A DNA stretch of 64,000 bases from an uncultured Porphyromonadaceae bacterium (GCA_947175645.1 CAMWNP010000002.1:96835-160834); one strand, 5' to 3'. Shown: positions 1 through 8,942, numbered from the stretch's first letter. Notes: generated by a model from the sequence alone, not told the origin. Numbers and translations are program-made.

Positions 1-227
1 GGGTCCATTATGGAGAAAGTAAGGATAGGCACCTTTTTACGCTTGCGGCGTGCTTCGGGTGCGCTCTGCCCCTCCTCATAATGCTCTGTTACCTCGGCCT
101 TTTCCTGCGTCATTTTGCAGGTGTTTTGGTAGGTCTTGCCGATTTTGCTGTAGGCAGTAGCCTCGCCGCCATCAGCAGCGATTTTGCCAACCTGTATTTC
201 CGAAAGACCCAGTGTAATTACTCCCAT
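1..227 (-). CDS. Major tail protein, 5' part only (copy of 57638..57864; the rest is cut by the window edge)
   Basis: Identical to the start of ORF 57334..57864. The ATG is at 227. Confidence 0.6.
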   Translation of the reverse strand, partial: MGVITLGLSEIQVGKIAADGGEATAYSKIGKTYQNTCKMTQEKAEVTEHYEEGQSAPEARRKRKKVPILTFSIMD

Positions 228-239
228 GTTGGTAATAGT

Positions 240-707
240 TTATGAGTTATGAAAATTAAAGCGTATTTTGAACCAAATGCGGTGGCAATTAAGGGCAGCC
301 TCCTCTATTACATCCTGTGCAACACACTCAAACGACCAGCCATTTTCACAGTAGTATTTTTTGAGTGAGGCGTATGCAAGCCCTGCAAGCTGCTTGATAC
401 GGTCGCTCGCGGCCTCCGTGTCTGCTGGCTCGCTTGCGTGTGTTGTGCAGGTGTTAATGTCGGGTACATAGATATTCACATTGCTGGTGCCAAACTGCAC
501 GCTGCCACTCTCAATGGAGAGGCTGCTGATAACGCAATCCTCTACCTTGGGGGGCTGGTTGCGCTGGGGCTTTTTGCTCTTGGTTATAGAGCCTGTAAGC
601 TGCTTGGCCAGCTCGGATTGAGTTAGCACCACATAGAGTATATCATCTTGCAGCGTGTTAAACTGCATATCCTCTTGCAATGGAATTTCTTCTACCTTTT
701 TTGCCAT
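240..707 (-). CDS. Neck or tail-terminator-like structural protein (155 aa)
   Basis: ATG start. It is the last gene before the major tail protein in transcription order. Function is assigned by synteny only. Confidence 0.45.
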   Translation of the reverse strand: MAKKVEEIPLQEDMQFNTLQDDILYVVLTQSELAKQLTGSITKSKKPQRNQPPKVEDCVISSLSIESGSVQFGTSNVNIYVPDINTCTTHASEPADTEAASDRIKQLAGLAYASLKKYYCENGWSFECVAQDVIEEAALNCHRIWFKIRFNFHNS

Positions 708-709
708 GC

Positions 710-1195
710 TTAATTGGCGTTTTTATAAATTTGAGTTTTGAGCATTTGCATGAGCTTGGGAACTCGCTGGAGGGCGTAACGCTCTGCGCTATCCAGCACA
801 TCCTTGTTAAGGCTCTCTACATAGTGGGCATAGTGCATACCAGCTACCACAATGAGGGCGTAGCCCTTTGTAAAGCGTTTTGCCAGCTCCTCTGCAAGAG
901 CTTGACCTTGGAGAATACCCTTGCCGTTTGCTGCATCAATTACCTTGGAGGCCACGCGCTCCTCAAAGTTTTTGCAGATTATATCGCCATTCTTTACCAG
1001 CACATAGCCAATAGAGTTGCGCAAATTTCCTGTAATGTCGTTATAGGTTCCTTGCTCCCTCGCAATCTTTACGCACTCCTCGCCAATAAACTGCATAACC
1101 GTTTCAATGGCTCGGTGTACGCGCAGTGCGTACTCGGCAAAGGTGTTGTGTACCTCGCCTTTGCCAAAGGCAGCACTAAACCCATATTTTGCCAT
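710..1195 (-). CDS. HK97 gp10-like head-tail joining protein (161 aa)
   Basis: The motif DITGNLRNSIGY resembles the tGnLrrSi signature of the gp10 family. It lies in the neck gene block. Confidence 0.55.
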   Translation of the reverse strand: MAKYGFSAAFGKGEVHNTFAEYALRVHRAIETVMQFIGEECVKIAREQGTYNDITGNLRNSIGYVLVKNGDIICKNFEERVASKVIDAANGKGILQGQALAEELAKRFTKGYALIVVAGMHYAHYVESLNKDVLDSAERYALQRVPKLMQMLKTQIYKNAN

Positions 1196-1499
1196 AATGC
1201 TTATAGCGTTTGTATCGCATTACTTTGCCCTCCACCTGTACCGTGCCATCCGCGCCCAATACTCGGATTTGGGCGTTTACTGGCACGGCAGGGGCGTTGG
1301 CAGGAAAGAAAATGTTGGAACTCTTGTTGATGGCACGCGCTGCAACCGTTGAAACCTCCTCGCCTCCATCGCTCGGCTCCTCGCGGCACATGGTTAGTGT
1401 TCTCCACTCGGAGGTACCACCCACCAAATCGCCTACGTCATTGCGCTCGGCCTCGGTGGTTACAAGCATTTGGAGTGTATCGGTATATCGGCTGGCCAT
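1176..1499 (-). CDS. Head closure or head-tail adaptor-like protein (107 aa)
   Basis: Size and position between the connector and the gp10-like gene. It overlaps the next gene by 20 nt. Confidence 0.45.
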   Translation of the reverse strand: MASRYTDTLQMLVTTEAERNDVGDLVGGTSEWRTLTMCREEPSDGGEEVSTVAARAINKSSNIFFPANAPAVPVNAQIRVLGADGTVQVEGKVMRYKRYKHYGKIWV

Positions 1500-1502
1500 G
1501 GC

Positions 1503-1850
1503 TTAAAATCTGTTTGAGGCGTGCGTTAGCGTTGTTACCGTTTCGGGCAGGAACTCCTCTACAGGCACCCCAGCCTCGCGGCACAGGAACGCAATGCGCT
1601 CCTTGAGCTTGTCATTGTAGCTCTGCGACCACTCGGCCTCTTTCTCACTGGAGAGTGAGAGGTATTTAACCAGTACCAGCACTGCTGCCAGCGCAATAAC
1701 GCGGTCGTTGTCGGGGGTGTAGTCCTCCTTTGCGGCCAGTGTAGCACCAGCACGCTTGCAAGCGGAGAGCAGAGCCTTTTCAAGCTCCAGCTCATTATCG
1801 CCGCTGCAATAGGGTAATACCTCGCTGGCTATTGCCTGTAGATTGTTCAT
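1503..1850 (-). CDS. Head-tail connector or adaptor protein (115 aa)
   Basis: First gene after the major capsid gene. Helical and acidic. Assigned by synteny. Confidence 0.45.
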   Translation of the reverse strand: MNNLQAIASEVLPYCSGDNELELEKALLSACKRAGATLAAKEDYTPDNDRVIALAAVLVLVKYLSLSSEKEAEWSQSYNDKLKERIAFLCREAGVPVEEFLPETVTTLTHASNRF

Positions 1851-1863
1851 GCTCTATTCGGGT

Positions 1864-3036
1864 TTAGGCGTTTTCCTCTGCGTTGCTCTTGGCATTAGCT
1901 GCCTCAAGGTTACGCACGCGGTAATTGACAATGCCCTCAATCTCGGTAATGGCAGGGAGCGCACGCCAGCTTGCCTGTGTGTACTCGCCTGCCTGCTGGC
2001 CTGTGCTTTCGCCAACCTGCCACTTGGCCACGCGAATGCCATGGTCGGCATCCATGTAGGTTACATCGGGTTCGGGGATAATGCTGTTATCCTCAAATGC
2101 AGGCTGCACCTCGCCGATTATGCCAGCAGGCTTAAAGCACAGCACATCATCGTTGTAGGGGTTGATGAGCGTTTCCTTACGTTTGCCATCCTCGGCCACA
2201 GAGTTGCGCTTGTTTACGATGGTAAATGCAGGCAGCTCAAAGGCAGCAAGCATATTGGTAAGCTCCACAGGGGTTACAGGCTGCCCCGACTTGTCGCTGC
2301 CCTTGATAGCACGGCGCACGGAGGGCAGGTTGATAAGCCAGTAGTACACGGAGGGGGAGATAAGAGTTTCTCCAAACGAAATGCCTTTGTTAGCAAAGGT
2401 GTAACGAATGTCGGCAAGCTCCTCAAAGGGGTTAATCTTGCTCTCGTTGCCTTTCTCCCACGCCGTAGTTGCCACAAGTTTGTTGGCATCGGGCATATCG
2501 TAGTCCACCTTGTAGCGGCGGCCATCGGGGTTATTGAGCTGGGGCTTGAACTCGGCCACACCGCCATTGGAGAGAGCTTGCAGGATAATGTGGTCGGCAG
2601 TATCCTTACAGCCCAAATATGCTTCACGCACATCCTTAATAAGCAGCTTTTTGACCTGTGCCATTTTCTGCTGGTCGGTGTAGCGTGGGCTTTCCAGTAC
2701 CTCCAGCAACTTGCGGAGGTTGTCGGCAGACATGGGGAACTTATGACCCATGCGCGGGATTTCGCCCTCAAAGGTGGTAAAACCATCAGTGGGGCGTGTA
2801 GGAGTGGCCGCATTGTTGCCGATAACGCTTGCCATAAAGCGCACTCTGTACTTTGACTGGAGTGTCTTACAGGTAAGCCCCATTTGAGGCAGGTTAAAGT
2901 CAAACCAGCGGTCAACGTAAAGCTGCTCAAAGAGAGCCTTCTGCTGCTGGCTGGCCGTGTCAAACATGATTTTGAGGGTGGCCAGCAGGCTCACAGGAAT
3001 AGTGGGTAAATTTACTTTGTTAAAAATTGACTCCAT
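1864..3036 (-). CDS. Major capsid protein (390 aa)
   Basis: Size and position after scaffold-like and decoration-like genes and before the neck genes. It is the only gene with a strong SD-like AAAGGAGGTA sequence 6 nt upstream of the ATG. Confidence 0.7.
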   Translation of the reverse strand: MESIFNKVNLPTIPVSLLATLKIMFDTASQQQKALFEQLYVDRWFDFNLPQMGLTCKTLQSKYRVRFMASVIGNNAATPTRPTDGFTTFEGEIPRMGHKFPMSADNLRKLLEVLESPRYTDQQKMAQVKKLLIKDVREAYLGCKDTADHIILQALSNGGVAEFKPQLNNPDGRRYKVDYDMPDANKLVATTAWEKGNESKINPFEELADIRYTFANKGISFGETLISPSVYYWLINLPSVRRAIKGSDKSGQPVTPVELTNMLAAFELPAFTIVNKRNSVAEDGKRKETLINPYNDDVLCFKPAGIIGEVQPAFEDNSIIPEPDVTYMDADHGIRVAKWQVGESTGQQAGEYTQASWRALPAITEIEGIVNYRVRNLEAANAKSNAEENA

Positions 3037-3055
3037 GTGTTACCTCCTTTCGGTT

Positions 3056-3691
3056 TTAGAGCGACTGGGTATAGGCTACCTTGGTACCCTTGAGCAGGTT
3101 GCCCTCAAGGTACTTGGCAGGCACAGGGGGCACGCGGCGAGCGTAAATCTCGCCACAACCGCTGTCGCGTGTAACATTGATTTGGGTATCGGCCAGCTCC
3201 TCCTTGACCTCGGCACTCTCGTAGGTGTCAATGGTAATGCTGTTGGGTTCTGCCACCAGCTTTACGTTGGTGCCATCAGCCACAACCTCAAAGAGTGCGG
3301 AGCCTACTGCAAGACCAGTAATGGCCTTGGAAAGCGTAATCTCCATGCCAGCCTCGGTGTTGGCCACCGCTGTGATGCTGGGGGAGTTTGCGAGAGTGGC
3401 AGAGAGGTCGCTTTGCACCGTATCGCCCACCATAAACAGGGGCTTGCTGAACTCATCTGCCTCCAGCGTTACCTTTTTGGCATCGGTACCAATGGCCACT
3501 ACTCGCGCACTCTTGATGAGCTTGCCGTAACGTGTGGCCTCGTTTACACAGGCCAGCGTGCCAAAGGGAACCAAAGCACCAACAGGCAGGTTGGTTTGAG
3601 CAGGGTCAAGCGTAAAGCCTCCTGTAACCATTACAGGGGGCTGGGTGCTGCACGGACGGGTGCCACCATAGCTTCTTTTCTTGGGTTTCAT
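3056..3691 (-). CDS. Capsid accessory or decoration-like protein (211 aa)
   Basis: It sits between the scaffold-like gene and the capsid gene, like lambda D before E. No motif recognised. Confidence 0.35.
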   Translation of the reverse strand: MKPKKRSYGGTRPCSTQPPVMVTGGFTLDPAQTNLPVGALVPFGTLACVNEATRYGKLIKSARVVAIGTDAKKVTLEADEFSKPLFMVGDTVQSDLSATLANSPSITAVANTEAGMEITLSKAITGLAVGSALFEVVADGTNVKLVAEPNSITIDTYESAEVKEELADTQINVTRDSGCGEIYARRVPPVPAKYLEGNLLKGTKVAYTQSL

Positions 3692-3705
3692 TGCTCTGTG
3701 ATTAA

Positions 3706-4302
3706 TTAGTTTGTTTTTACCTCACACTCGGCAAGCAGCTCCTTGGCCATGTCTGCCTCTGCCTGTTTCTGCGTTTCCGCAGCCACATCTTTGCTGGCAG
3801 GCTTTAAGCCTCGGTCTACAAGGCTCTGCTTGTACCTGCCCAAATAATCTGCCACATCGGCATCTTCGGGAATGGTTACAAACTCCATGTCGGCCTCTGT
3901 AAGACCCAGCTTTTTGGTCTCGGTGGCAATGAGGTTGTCGCGGTTGCTCTTTGCGAGCTGTGCCTGCAACTGGGAAATAGTTGTGGCCTGCTCATCAAAT
4001 TTGGTTTGGAACTTGGCGGTTACTGCCTCCACAATAGCCTCCACGTTGGCCTCAAGCGGTTTCTCGGTGGGCGGTGTTGCAGGGGGAGTGTTAGGCTTTT
4101 TGCCCTGCGCCCATCGGGTAGCCTCGGCCTGCATGGCTTTAAGGACAGGCAGGTACTCATTTGCGCGTTGCTCAATAGCCTCATCGGTCGCATCTTCTCC
4201 CAGCCCATTGCTTGCTATGGTGGCAATTTGCTGGATAGAATCCTTGGAAAGCCCCATGTCCGTGCATTTGGCCTCCAATACCTGTAAAAGTTTTTTCTTC
4301 AT
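3706..4302 (-). CDS. Scaffolding-like protein (198 aa from the ATG at 4302; the track ORF starts at a TTG at 4332)
   Basis: Helical, charged, Ala/Glu/Lys-rich. It is the first gene of the capsid block. Confidence 0.5.
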   Translation of the reverse strand: MKKKLLQVLEAKCTDMGLSKDSIQQIATIASNGLGEDATDEAIEQRANEYLPVLKAMQAEATRWAQGKKPNTPPATPPTEKPLEANVEAIVEAVTAKFQTKFDEQATTISQLQAQLAKSNRDNLIATETKKLGLTEADMEFVTIPEDADVADYLGRYKQSLVDRGLKPASKDVAAETQKQAEADMAKELLAECEVKTN

Positions 4303-4533
4303 TGCTCTACTTGCTTTAAGTGTTCGCTGCAAAGGTAATCAGTAATTTAATATGCGTACAAATACTGAACGCCTAATTTTTGAAAGTAATTCAACCTCAA
4401 TTCACTGCGAATATTGTTAAAGACTGTTAAATATTGCGGATTTTTGGCTTGAAAGTTTGGTATCTTAATTCTTTCCACTAACTTCGCAGCGTACAAAATA
4501 TGAACGCTTTTAGAAAATAAAAAAATCAAATAT

Positions 4534-5052
4534 ATGTTACAGCACGAATTTGAGAGCCGCGTAGGCATTGAGGTAAGCGCAAAAGAGTATGCCGCCATTG
4601 AGCAGGTTTACATGAGCAGCGATGTAGAAAAGGATGAGTTTTGCAAGCTGTGGGCAAAAATGAACCGTGTGCGCATTGCCAATGCTAAAGCCCAGCAAAA
4701 AGCCGCCGCCCAGTTTAAGGCACTCCGCATTGAGGAACAGGTAATTGTAAAAATGCTGGAGTTAGCAGAGCAGCGAGCTAACAACACAGGCTGCACGCTC
4801 CCTGTTAGCGACACCAACATTGATGCAAACAAGGTACGCGCACGCTACGAAGAAGCAGACGGCTTTACGGTGTATTTGGTATTGCGTGATACAGGAGCCG
4901 CAATTACTCACACCTATACAGAGGCCATGAATGAGGCAAAGGCTTTTAGCTCAAGCAATCCTACGGTTTATGAGTTTTTTGGCAACCGCACACTTAACCA
5001 TGGCTACTACAAAGTTGCTGGCTACACCTCTAACCCGAAACAAATATTTTAA
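4534..5052 (+). CDS. Hypothetical protein (172 aa), first gene of the plus-strand accessory island
   Basis: ATG start. It is divergent from the scaffold gene. Confidence 0.6.
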   Translation: MLQHEFESRVGIEVSAKEYAAIEQVYMSSDVEKDEFCKLWAKMNRVRIANAKAQQKAAAQFKALRIEEQVIVKMLELAEQRANNTGCTLPVSDTNIDANKVRARYEEADGFTVYLVLRDTGAAITHTYTEAMNEAKAFSSSNPTVYEFFGNRTLNHGYYKVAGYTSNPKQIF

Positions 5053-5071
5053 CACATAAATACTTACAGCT

Positions 5072-5302
5072 ATGATGATGTGCAGTGTATATGACAAGAC
5101 CACCCAAAAGAGCGAAACCTTTTGCAGCGTGGCAGCCGCTAAAAAACGTATGAAACAACTCCTCAAAGAGGGGCATGAGGTAAGCGGCAGTAAGACTAAA
5201 GTTTACTCAAACGGCGATTGGGTACCGTGCGGAGAAATAACCCTTACAGGCTCCAATGCCGTATTTGTAGCCAATACCAAACAAACTAAAGCAGGATATT
5301 AA
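5072..5302 (+). CDS. Hypothetical protein (76 aa)
   Basis: ATG start, followed by a hairpin at 5310..5330. Confidence 0.5.
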   Translation: MMMCSVYDKTTQKSETFCSVAAAKKRMKQLLKEGHEVSGSKTKVYSNGDWVPCGEITLTGSNAVFVANTKQTKAGY

Positions 5303-5309
5303 CTAACAC

Positions 5310-5330
5310 GGGGCTGGGCTGGCCAGCCCC
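5310..5330 (+). terminator. Stem-loop GGGGCTGG-GCTGG-CCAGCCCC
   Basis: Perfect 8-bp GC-rich stem directly after the stop at 5302. No clear U-tract. Confidence 0.45.
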
Positions 5331-5345
5331 ATAACAAACAAAAAT

Positions 5346-5579
5346 ATGAACGCAGCACGCAGAAAAGAACTTAACAAGCTCATTGAGCAGCTTGAGGATA
5401 TTAAGAGCCAAATTGAAAACCTCCAGCAGGAGGAACAGGACTCATACGACAACCTCCCCGAAAGCCTACAGGACAGCGAGCGTGGCGAGCGTATGCAGGA
5501 GGCCGCAGATGAGCTGGAGAATGCAGCCAGCAGCGTAGATGAAGTAATTGACTACATTAACAACGCAATAGAGCAATAA
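5346..5579 (+). CDS. Hypothetical acidic coiled-coil protein (77 aa)
   Basis: ATG start. Heptad-like Glu/Leu/Gln-rich sequence. Confidence 0.55.
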   Translation: MNAARRKELNKLIEQLEDIKSQIENLQQEEQDSYDNLPESLQDSERGERMQEAADELENAASSVDEVIDYINNAIEQ

Positions 5580-5581
5580 CC

Positions 5582-5785
5582 ATGGCAAAGAGAGTTAAGG
5601 CAAAGGCTCGCGTAAAGGTTATAACCGAATTTGGCAAATGGTGCCTTATGGAGATACGCGGCCTCAAGGAGGGCACAGAGCTTGAGGGCAGTTACAACCC
5701 TCGCAACAAAGCATTTGATTTTAGCTGGAATGGGCAAGACGCTATGCTTTGGGTAGGGCAAAATGCAGAACTAATAACAGAATAA
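5582..5785 (+). CDS. Hypothetical protein (67 aa)
   Basis: ATG 3 nt after the previous stop. Confidence 0.5.
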   Translation: MAKRVKAKARVKVITEFGKWCLMEIRGLKEGTELEGSYNPRNKAFDFSWNGQDAMLWVGQNAELITE

Positions 5786-5789
5786 CAAT

Positions 5790-6221
5790 ATGGCACAGGA
5801 AAGAAATAACACAGCCCTTGTGGCTACCACGCTCACGGCAGAGCAACAGCAGTACCTCAACGACATGGCCGCTTATGGCAAGAGGTTGCAAGAGTTAGCC
5901 TACAACTCGGTAGGCAAATGGGTGGCGGCAGGCTATGCCGATGGCAGAAATAATGTTGCAGGTATGTATTGCTATTGCGGCATGGGCAAAGGTTACAAGG
6001 GTGCGCCCATTGTGCCTGCCAGCGGTAATGCTGTAGTGTTTGCCTCAAAGGAGGCTGCCCAGCGTAAAGCCAGCCAGCTCAAGTATCAAAACGGCAGAGG
6101 CGAGCGCATACGGCTCACGGTAATACCTGCAAACGATTACTTTTGGCTGCTCTTTGATGATTTATGCAATACCATGAGCGTAGCAGAGCGCATGATGGTA
6201 GAGAACAATAAAAGCAAGTAA
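5790..6221 (+). CDS. Hypothetical protein (143 aa)
   Basis: ATG start, tightly packed with neighbours, followed by a hairpin. Confidence 0.55.
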   Translation: MAQERNNTALVATTLTAEQQQYLNDMAAYGKRLQELAYNSVGKWVAAGYADGRNNVAGMYCYCGMGKGYKGAPIVPASGNAVVFASKEAAQRKASQLKYQNGRGERIRLTVIPANDYFWLLFDDLCNTMSVAERMMVENNKSK

Positions 6222-6228
6222 TAATACT

Positions 6229-6252
6229 GGGGCTGGAGTAGTAGCCAGCCCC
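6229..6252 (+). terminator. Stem-loop GGGGCTGG-AGTAGTAG-CCAGCCCC
   Basis: Same 8-bp stem sequence as 5310..5330. It follows the stop at 6221. Confidence 0.45.
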
Positions 6253-6267
6253 ACAACACAAATAACC

Positions 6268-6534
6268 ATGGCAAGAGATAGCAAAACAAAGCAGCTTAAC
6301 GCACAGCTCCAAATAGTACGCCTTGATGGCCTCAAGTTTAAGGCACCCCTCGGCACAGCCAGCACTCGCGGCTGGGGGCTTTACATTGAGGGCAAGGGCT
6401 ACCTCAAATTTAAGAGCGACACCGATTATGTGCCTTATGCTCCCTGTGGAGGCCGTAAAGCACTGGAGAGCATACTGGCCGCTGGTGGCCTCCTCAACTA
6501 CGACAGCATTGAGTTTATTAACCCTGTAAAGTAA
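6268..6534 (+). CDS. Hypothetical protein (88 aa)
   Basis: ATG start in the same-strand gene array. Confidence 0.5.
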   Translation: MARDSKTKQLNAQLQIVRLDGLKFKAPLGTASTRGWGLYIEGKGYLKFKSDTDYVPYAPCGGRKALESILAAGGLLNYDSIEFINPVK

Positions 6535-6553
6535 TATATAACATCATAACAAT

Positions 6554-7435
6554 ATGGAACAAATAGAACGCAGAGCCTCTGTAATGGCTCTTAAACAACT
6601 GGCCTACCGTGCCACTCAAGGCACAAGTTTTGACCCCGACAAGCGCGGCGAAATGCTCCTCAATGATTGCGAAAAGGAGTTGCGCAGCTACACCTCCCAG
6701 CTCCCAGCAGAGCTGCATGAGCATTTTGAAAAGCGGTATCTTGAGCTATATTCAAACTGGCTCTCTGCAAGTAGCCGCTGTATCTCCAGCTTTATCACTG
6801 GACCTGCACGCTTTCCTGTGCGCCGTGCTGAAAGGTTGAGCTGCTGGGAGCGTAGCGCACGCGAAAAGCTGGATAGCTGGGCAGAGCGGTTTGTTAAGCG
6901 TGCCAACAGGCAGGCACGCCTCACTGGCTGGGAGGAGATTGCACGGCTGGAGGATAAGCTGGAAAAGCTCAAGGCGTGGCAGGAGCTTATGAAAGCCGCC
7001 AATAAGATTATCCGTAGCAACAAGTTCGGAGAGGTTGAAAAGGTTGATGAGCTGGTTGCACTCGGCATGAGCGAAAAGCAGGCCATGCTACTGCTTGAGG
7101 AACCCAAATACAGCTTTGAGCGCAGAGGTTTCCAAACATACCAGCTCACTAACAACAACGCCAAAATCAAGGACACAGAGGCACGCATTAAACGCCTCAC
7201 AAATATTGCCAGCACTCCCGACCGCTCTATTGAGCTGGAGGGCGTAACGGTGGAGCTGTGCAATAGTGAGGAGCGCATAAGGCTGCACTTTGATGGCAAG
7301 CCCGAACCCGATATGATTGCCAAACTCAAGCGAGCTGCATTTAAGTGGTCACCGCGCAATATGGCATGGCAGCGACAGCTCACAAATAATGCCCTCTACG
7401 AAACAAAACGCCTGCTGGGTGTAGAGGAACTTTAA
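6554..7435 (+). CDS. Hypothetical protein (293 aa)
   Basis: Long ORF with coding-like composition. The C-terminal FDGKPEPDMIAKLKRAAFKWSPRNMAWQRQ resembles tails seen in mobile-element proteins of unknown function. Confidence 0.6.
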   Translation: MEQIERRASVMALKQLAYRATQGTSFDPDKRGEMLLNDCEKELRSYTSQLPAELHEHFEKRYLELYSNWLSASSRCISSFITGPARFPVRRAERLSCWERSAREKLDSWAERFVKRANRQARLTGWEEIARLEDKLEKLKAWQELMKAANKIIRSNKFGEVEKVDELVALGMSEKQAMLLLEEPKYSFERRGFQTYQLTNNNAKIKDTEARIKRLTNIASTPDRSIELEGVTVELCNSEERIRLHFDGKPEPDMIAKLKRAAFKWSPRNMAWQRQLTNNALYETKRLLGVEEL

Positions 7436-7487
7436 TAACCCTGCCAGCGGAGTGTGCAGGCTCTCCGCTGGCTCTAATACTTACAAC

Positions 7488-7763
7488 ATGATTAAAGCAT
7501 CAGAACAACAGATACAGGCGGCCATTGAGGCTATTAGCGCACGCTTACAGGAGCCGCAAATAAACCAGTACCGTAATGCTCCAGTAAAAGAGGGCTATAC
7601 GGAGGCTCTGCACATATTGAGGGAGCGCATAGAGAGTTATGGAGGGATAAACAAACATTGCCACTCGGTACAAAGTAGAGCCATTGCGGTTTTGGCCGTT
7701 GATTTCCTCCGTGGAGATTGCACACATGAGGTACTTTGCAAGGTGCCCATAAAAAAGCTATAG
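7488..7763 (+). CDS. Hypothetical protein (91 aa from the ATG; the track ORF starts at a GTG at 7452)
   Basis: ATG at 7488 (MIKASEQQ...). Confidence 0.45.
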   Translation: MIKASEQQIQAAIEAISARLQEPQINQYRNAPVKEGYTEALHILRERIESYGGINKHCHSVQSRAIAVLAVDFLRGDCTHEVLCKVPIKKL

Positions 7764-7765
7764 CC

Positions 7766-7999
7766 ATGGCAGAGGGAGGCAACACAGCAGTGGTGGTACT
7801 GCTCAAGGGTGCGCCCTATGAGGGCAGCCGCACATGGCTCTTTGGGAGCAAAAAGGCCATATATGACCACCTGCCCCAGCACTTGCTGGGCATTGGACTG
7901 GTAACATTGCAGAACCGCAACATTACCCGAAAGCCCTATGAGAATAACCTTTGTATAATTCAAAAACTGGAGGTGTTACGCGCCTCTCGCAAAAAGTAA
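7766..7999 (+). CDS. Hypothetical protein (77 aa from the ATG; the track ORF starts at a TTG at 7736)
   Basis: ATG at 7766, 3 nt after the previous stop. Confidence 0.45.
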   Translation: MAEGGNTAVVVLLKGAPYEGSRTWLFGSKKAIYDHLPQHLLGIGLVTLQNRNITRKPYENNLCIIQKLEVLRASRKK

Positions 8000-8005
8000 G
8001 TAACA

Positions 8006-8788
8006 ATGATAGGAGCAATAATCGGCGATATGGTGGGCAGCACTTATGAGTTTGCCCCCACAAAGAACTACAATTTTGAGCTGCTGCCAGCAGGTAGCAC
8101 ATACACAGATGATAGCATCATGTGCGTGGCCGTGGCCGATGCAGTAATGCACGGCCAACGCTTTGCCTCTGCCATGCGTGATTGGGGGCGTAGGTACCCC
8201 ACACCAAAAGGCAGCTATGGCGGCAATTTCGCGGCATGGCTCCGCACAAAGAACCCTGCACCATATTACAGCTTTGGCAACGGCTCTGCAATGAGAGTGG
8301 CCGCTGTCGGCTGGGCTGGAGAGAACCTACTTGACGTGCAGCTAACGGCATACAATAGTGCAGAGTGTACCCACAACCACCCCGAAGGTATCAAGGGAGC
8401 CGTGGCCGTAGCTACTGCTGTTTACTTGGCTCGGTGCGGCCATACAAAGGCCGACATAAAGCAACGCATTGAGCAGCAGTTTAGCTACGATTTGAGCTTT
8501 GACCTGCTGGAACTCAAGCGCACATACAGCTTTAATGAGAGCTGCATGGGCACCGTGCCAGTGGCAATAAAGTGCTACCTTGAGAGCAAGGATTTTGAGG
8601 ATGCAATAAGGCTGGCCGTGGCCATGGGAGGCGATGCGGACACTCTCGGTTGTATTACTGGAGCCATTGCTGAAGCTGGCTATGGCACCCACTCAATACC
8701 CACGCCACTCTTTGAGGCGGCCATGAATGAGTTACCAACCGACATGAGGGAGGTGGTAGTGGAATTTATAGAGCGGTACCAGCGTTAA
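8006..8788 (+). CDS. ADP-ribosylglycohydrolase family protein (260 aa)
   Basis: N-terminal GAIIGDMVGSTYEF and C-terminal GGDADTLGCITGAIAEAGYG match the two metal-binding signatures of the ARH/DraG family. Confidence 0.85.
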   Translation: MIGAIIGDMVGSTYEFAPTKNYNFELLPAGSTYTDDSIMCVAVADAVMHGQRFASAMRDWGRRYPTPKGSYGGNFAAWLRTKNPAPYYSFGNGSAMRVAAVGWAGENLLDVQLTAYNSAECTHNHPEGIKGAVAVATAVYLARCGHTKADIKQRIEQQFSYDLSFDLLELKRTYSFNESCMGTVPVAIKCYLESKDFEDAIRLAVAMGGDADTLGCITGAIAEAGYGTHSIPTPLFEAAMNELPTDMREVVVEFIERYQR

Positions 8789-8820
8789 GCGCACTGGTAA
8801 TTAGATTGTTTAGGTTGCTG

Positions 8821-8851
8821 GCCAAATGGGGATATAATTGCCTCATTTGGC
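8821..8851 (+). terminator. Hairpin GCCAAATGGGG-N9-CCTCATTTGGC after the ARH gene
   Basis: 10 of 11 bp complementary, followed by T-rich CTGCTTTGTTTGG. Confidence 0.45.
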
Positions 8852-8942
8852 CTGCTTTGTTTGGTATATTCAAGAAAACCGACTAACTTTGCACTCATAT
8901 TGAGCTACAGGGGTAGCTCTAAAGACATAACACATTAGCCAA

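Larger units (their letters stand above)
1..6363. repeat. Left copy of an exact 6,363-bp direct repeat (same as 57638..64000)
   Basis: Every ORF in 240..6365 recurs with an identical protein at +57,637 (for example 240..707 = 57877..58344). Spot-checked nucleotide lines are identical. The repeat reaches both window edges. Confidence 0.95.

Noticed and set aside
4347-4598. 83-aa minus-strand ORF in the divergent region between the scaffold gene and the accessory island
   Set aside because: It lies in A/T-rich promoter-like DNA, overlaps the start of the plus-strand gene at 4534, and has an implausible composition.
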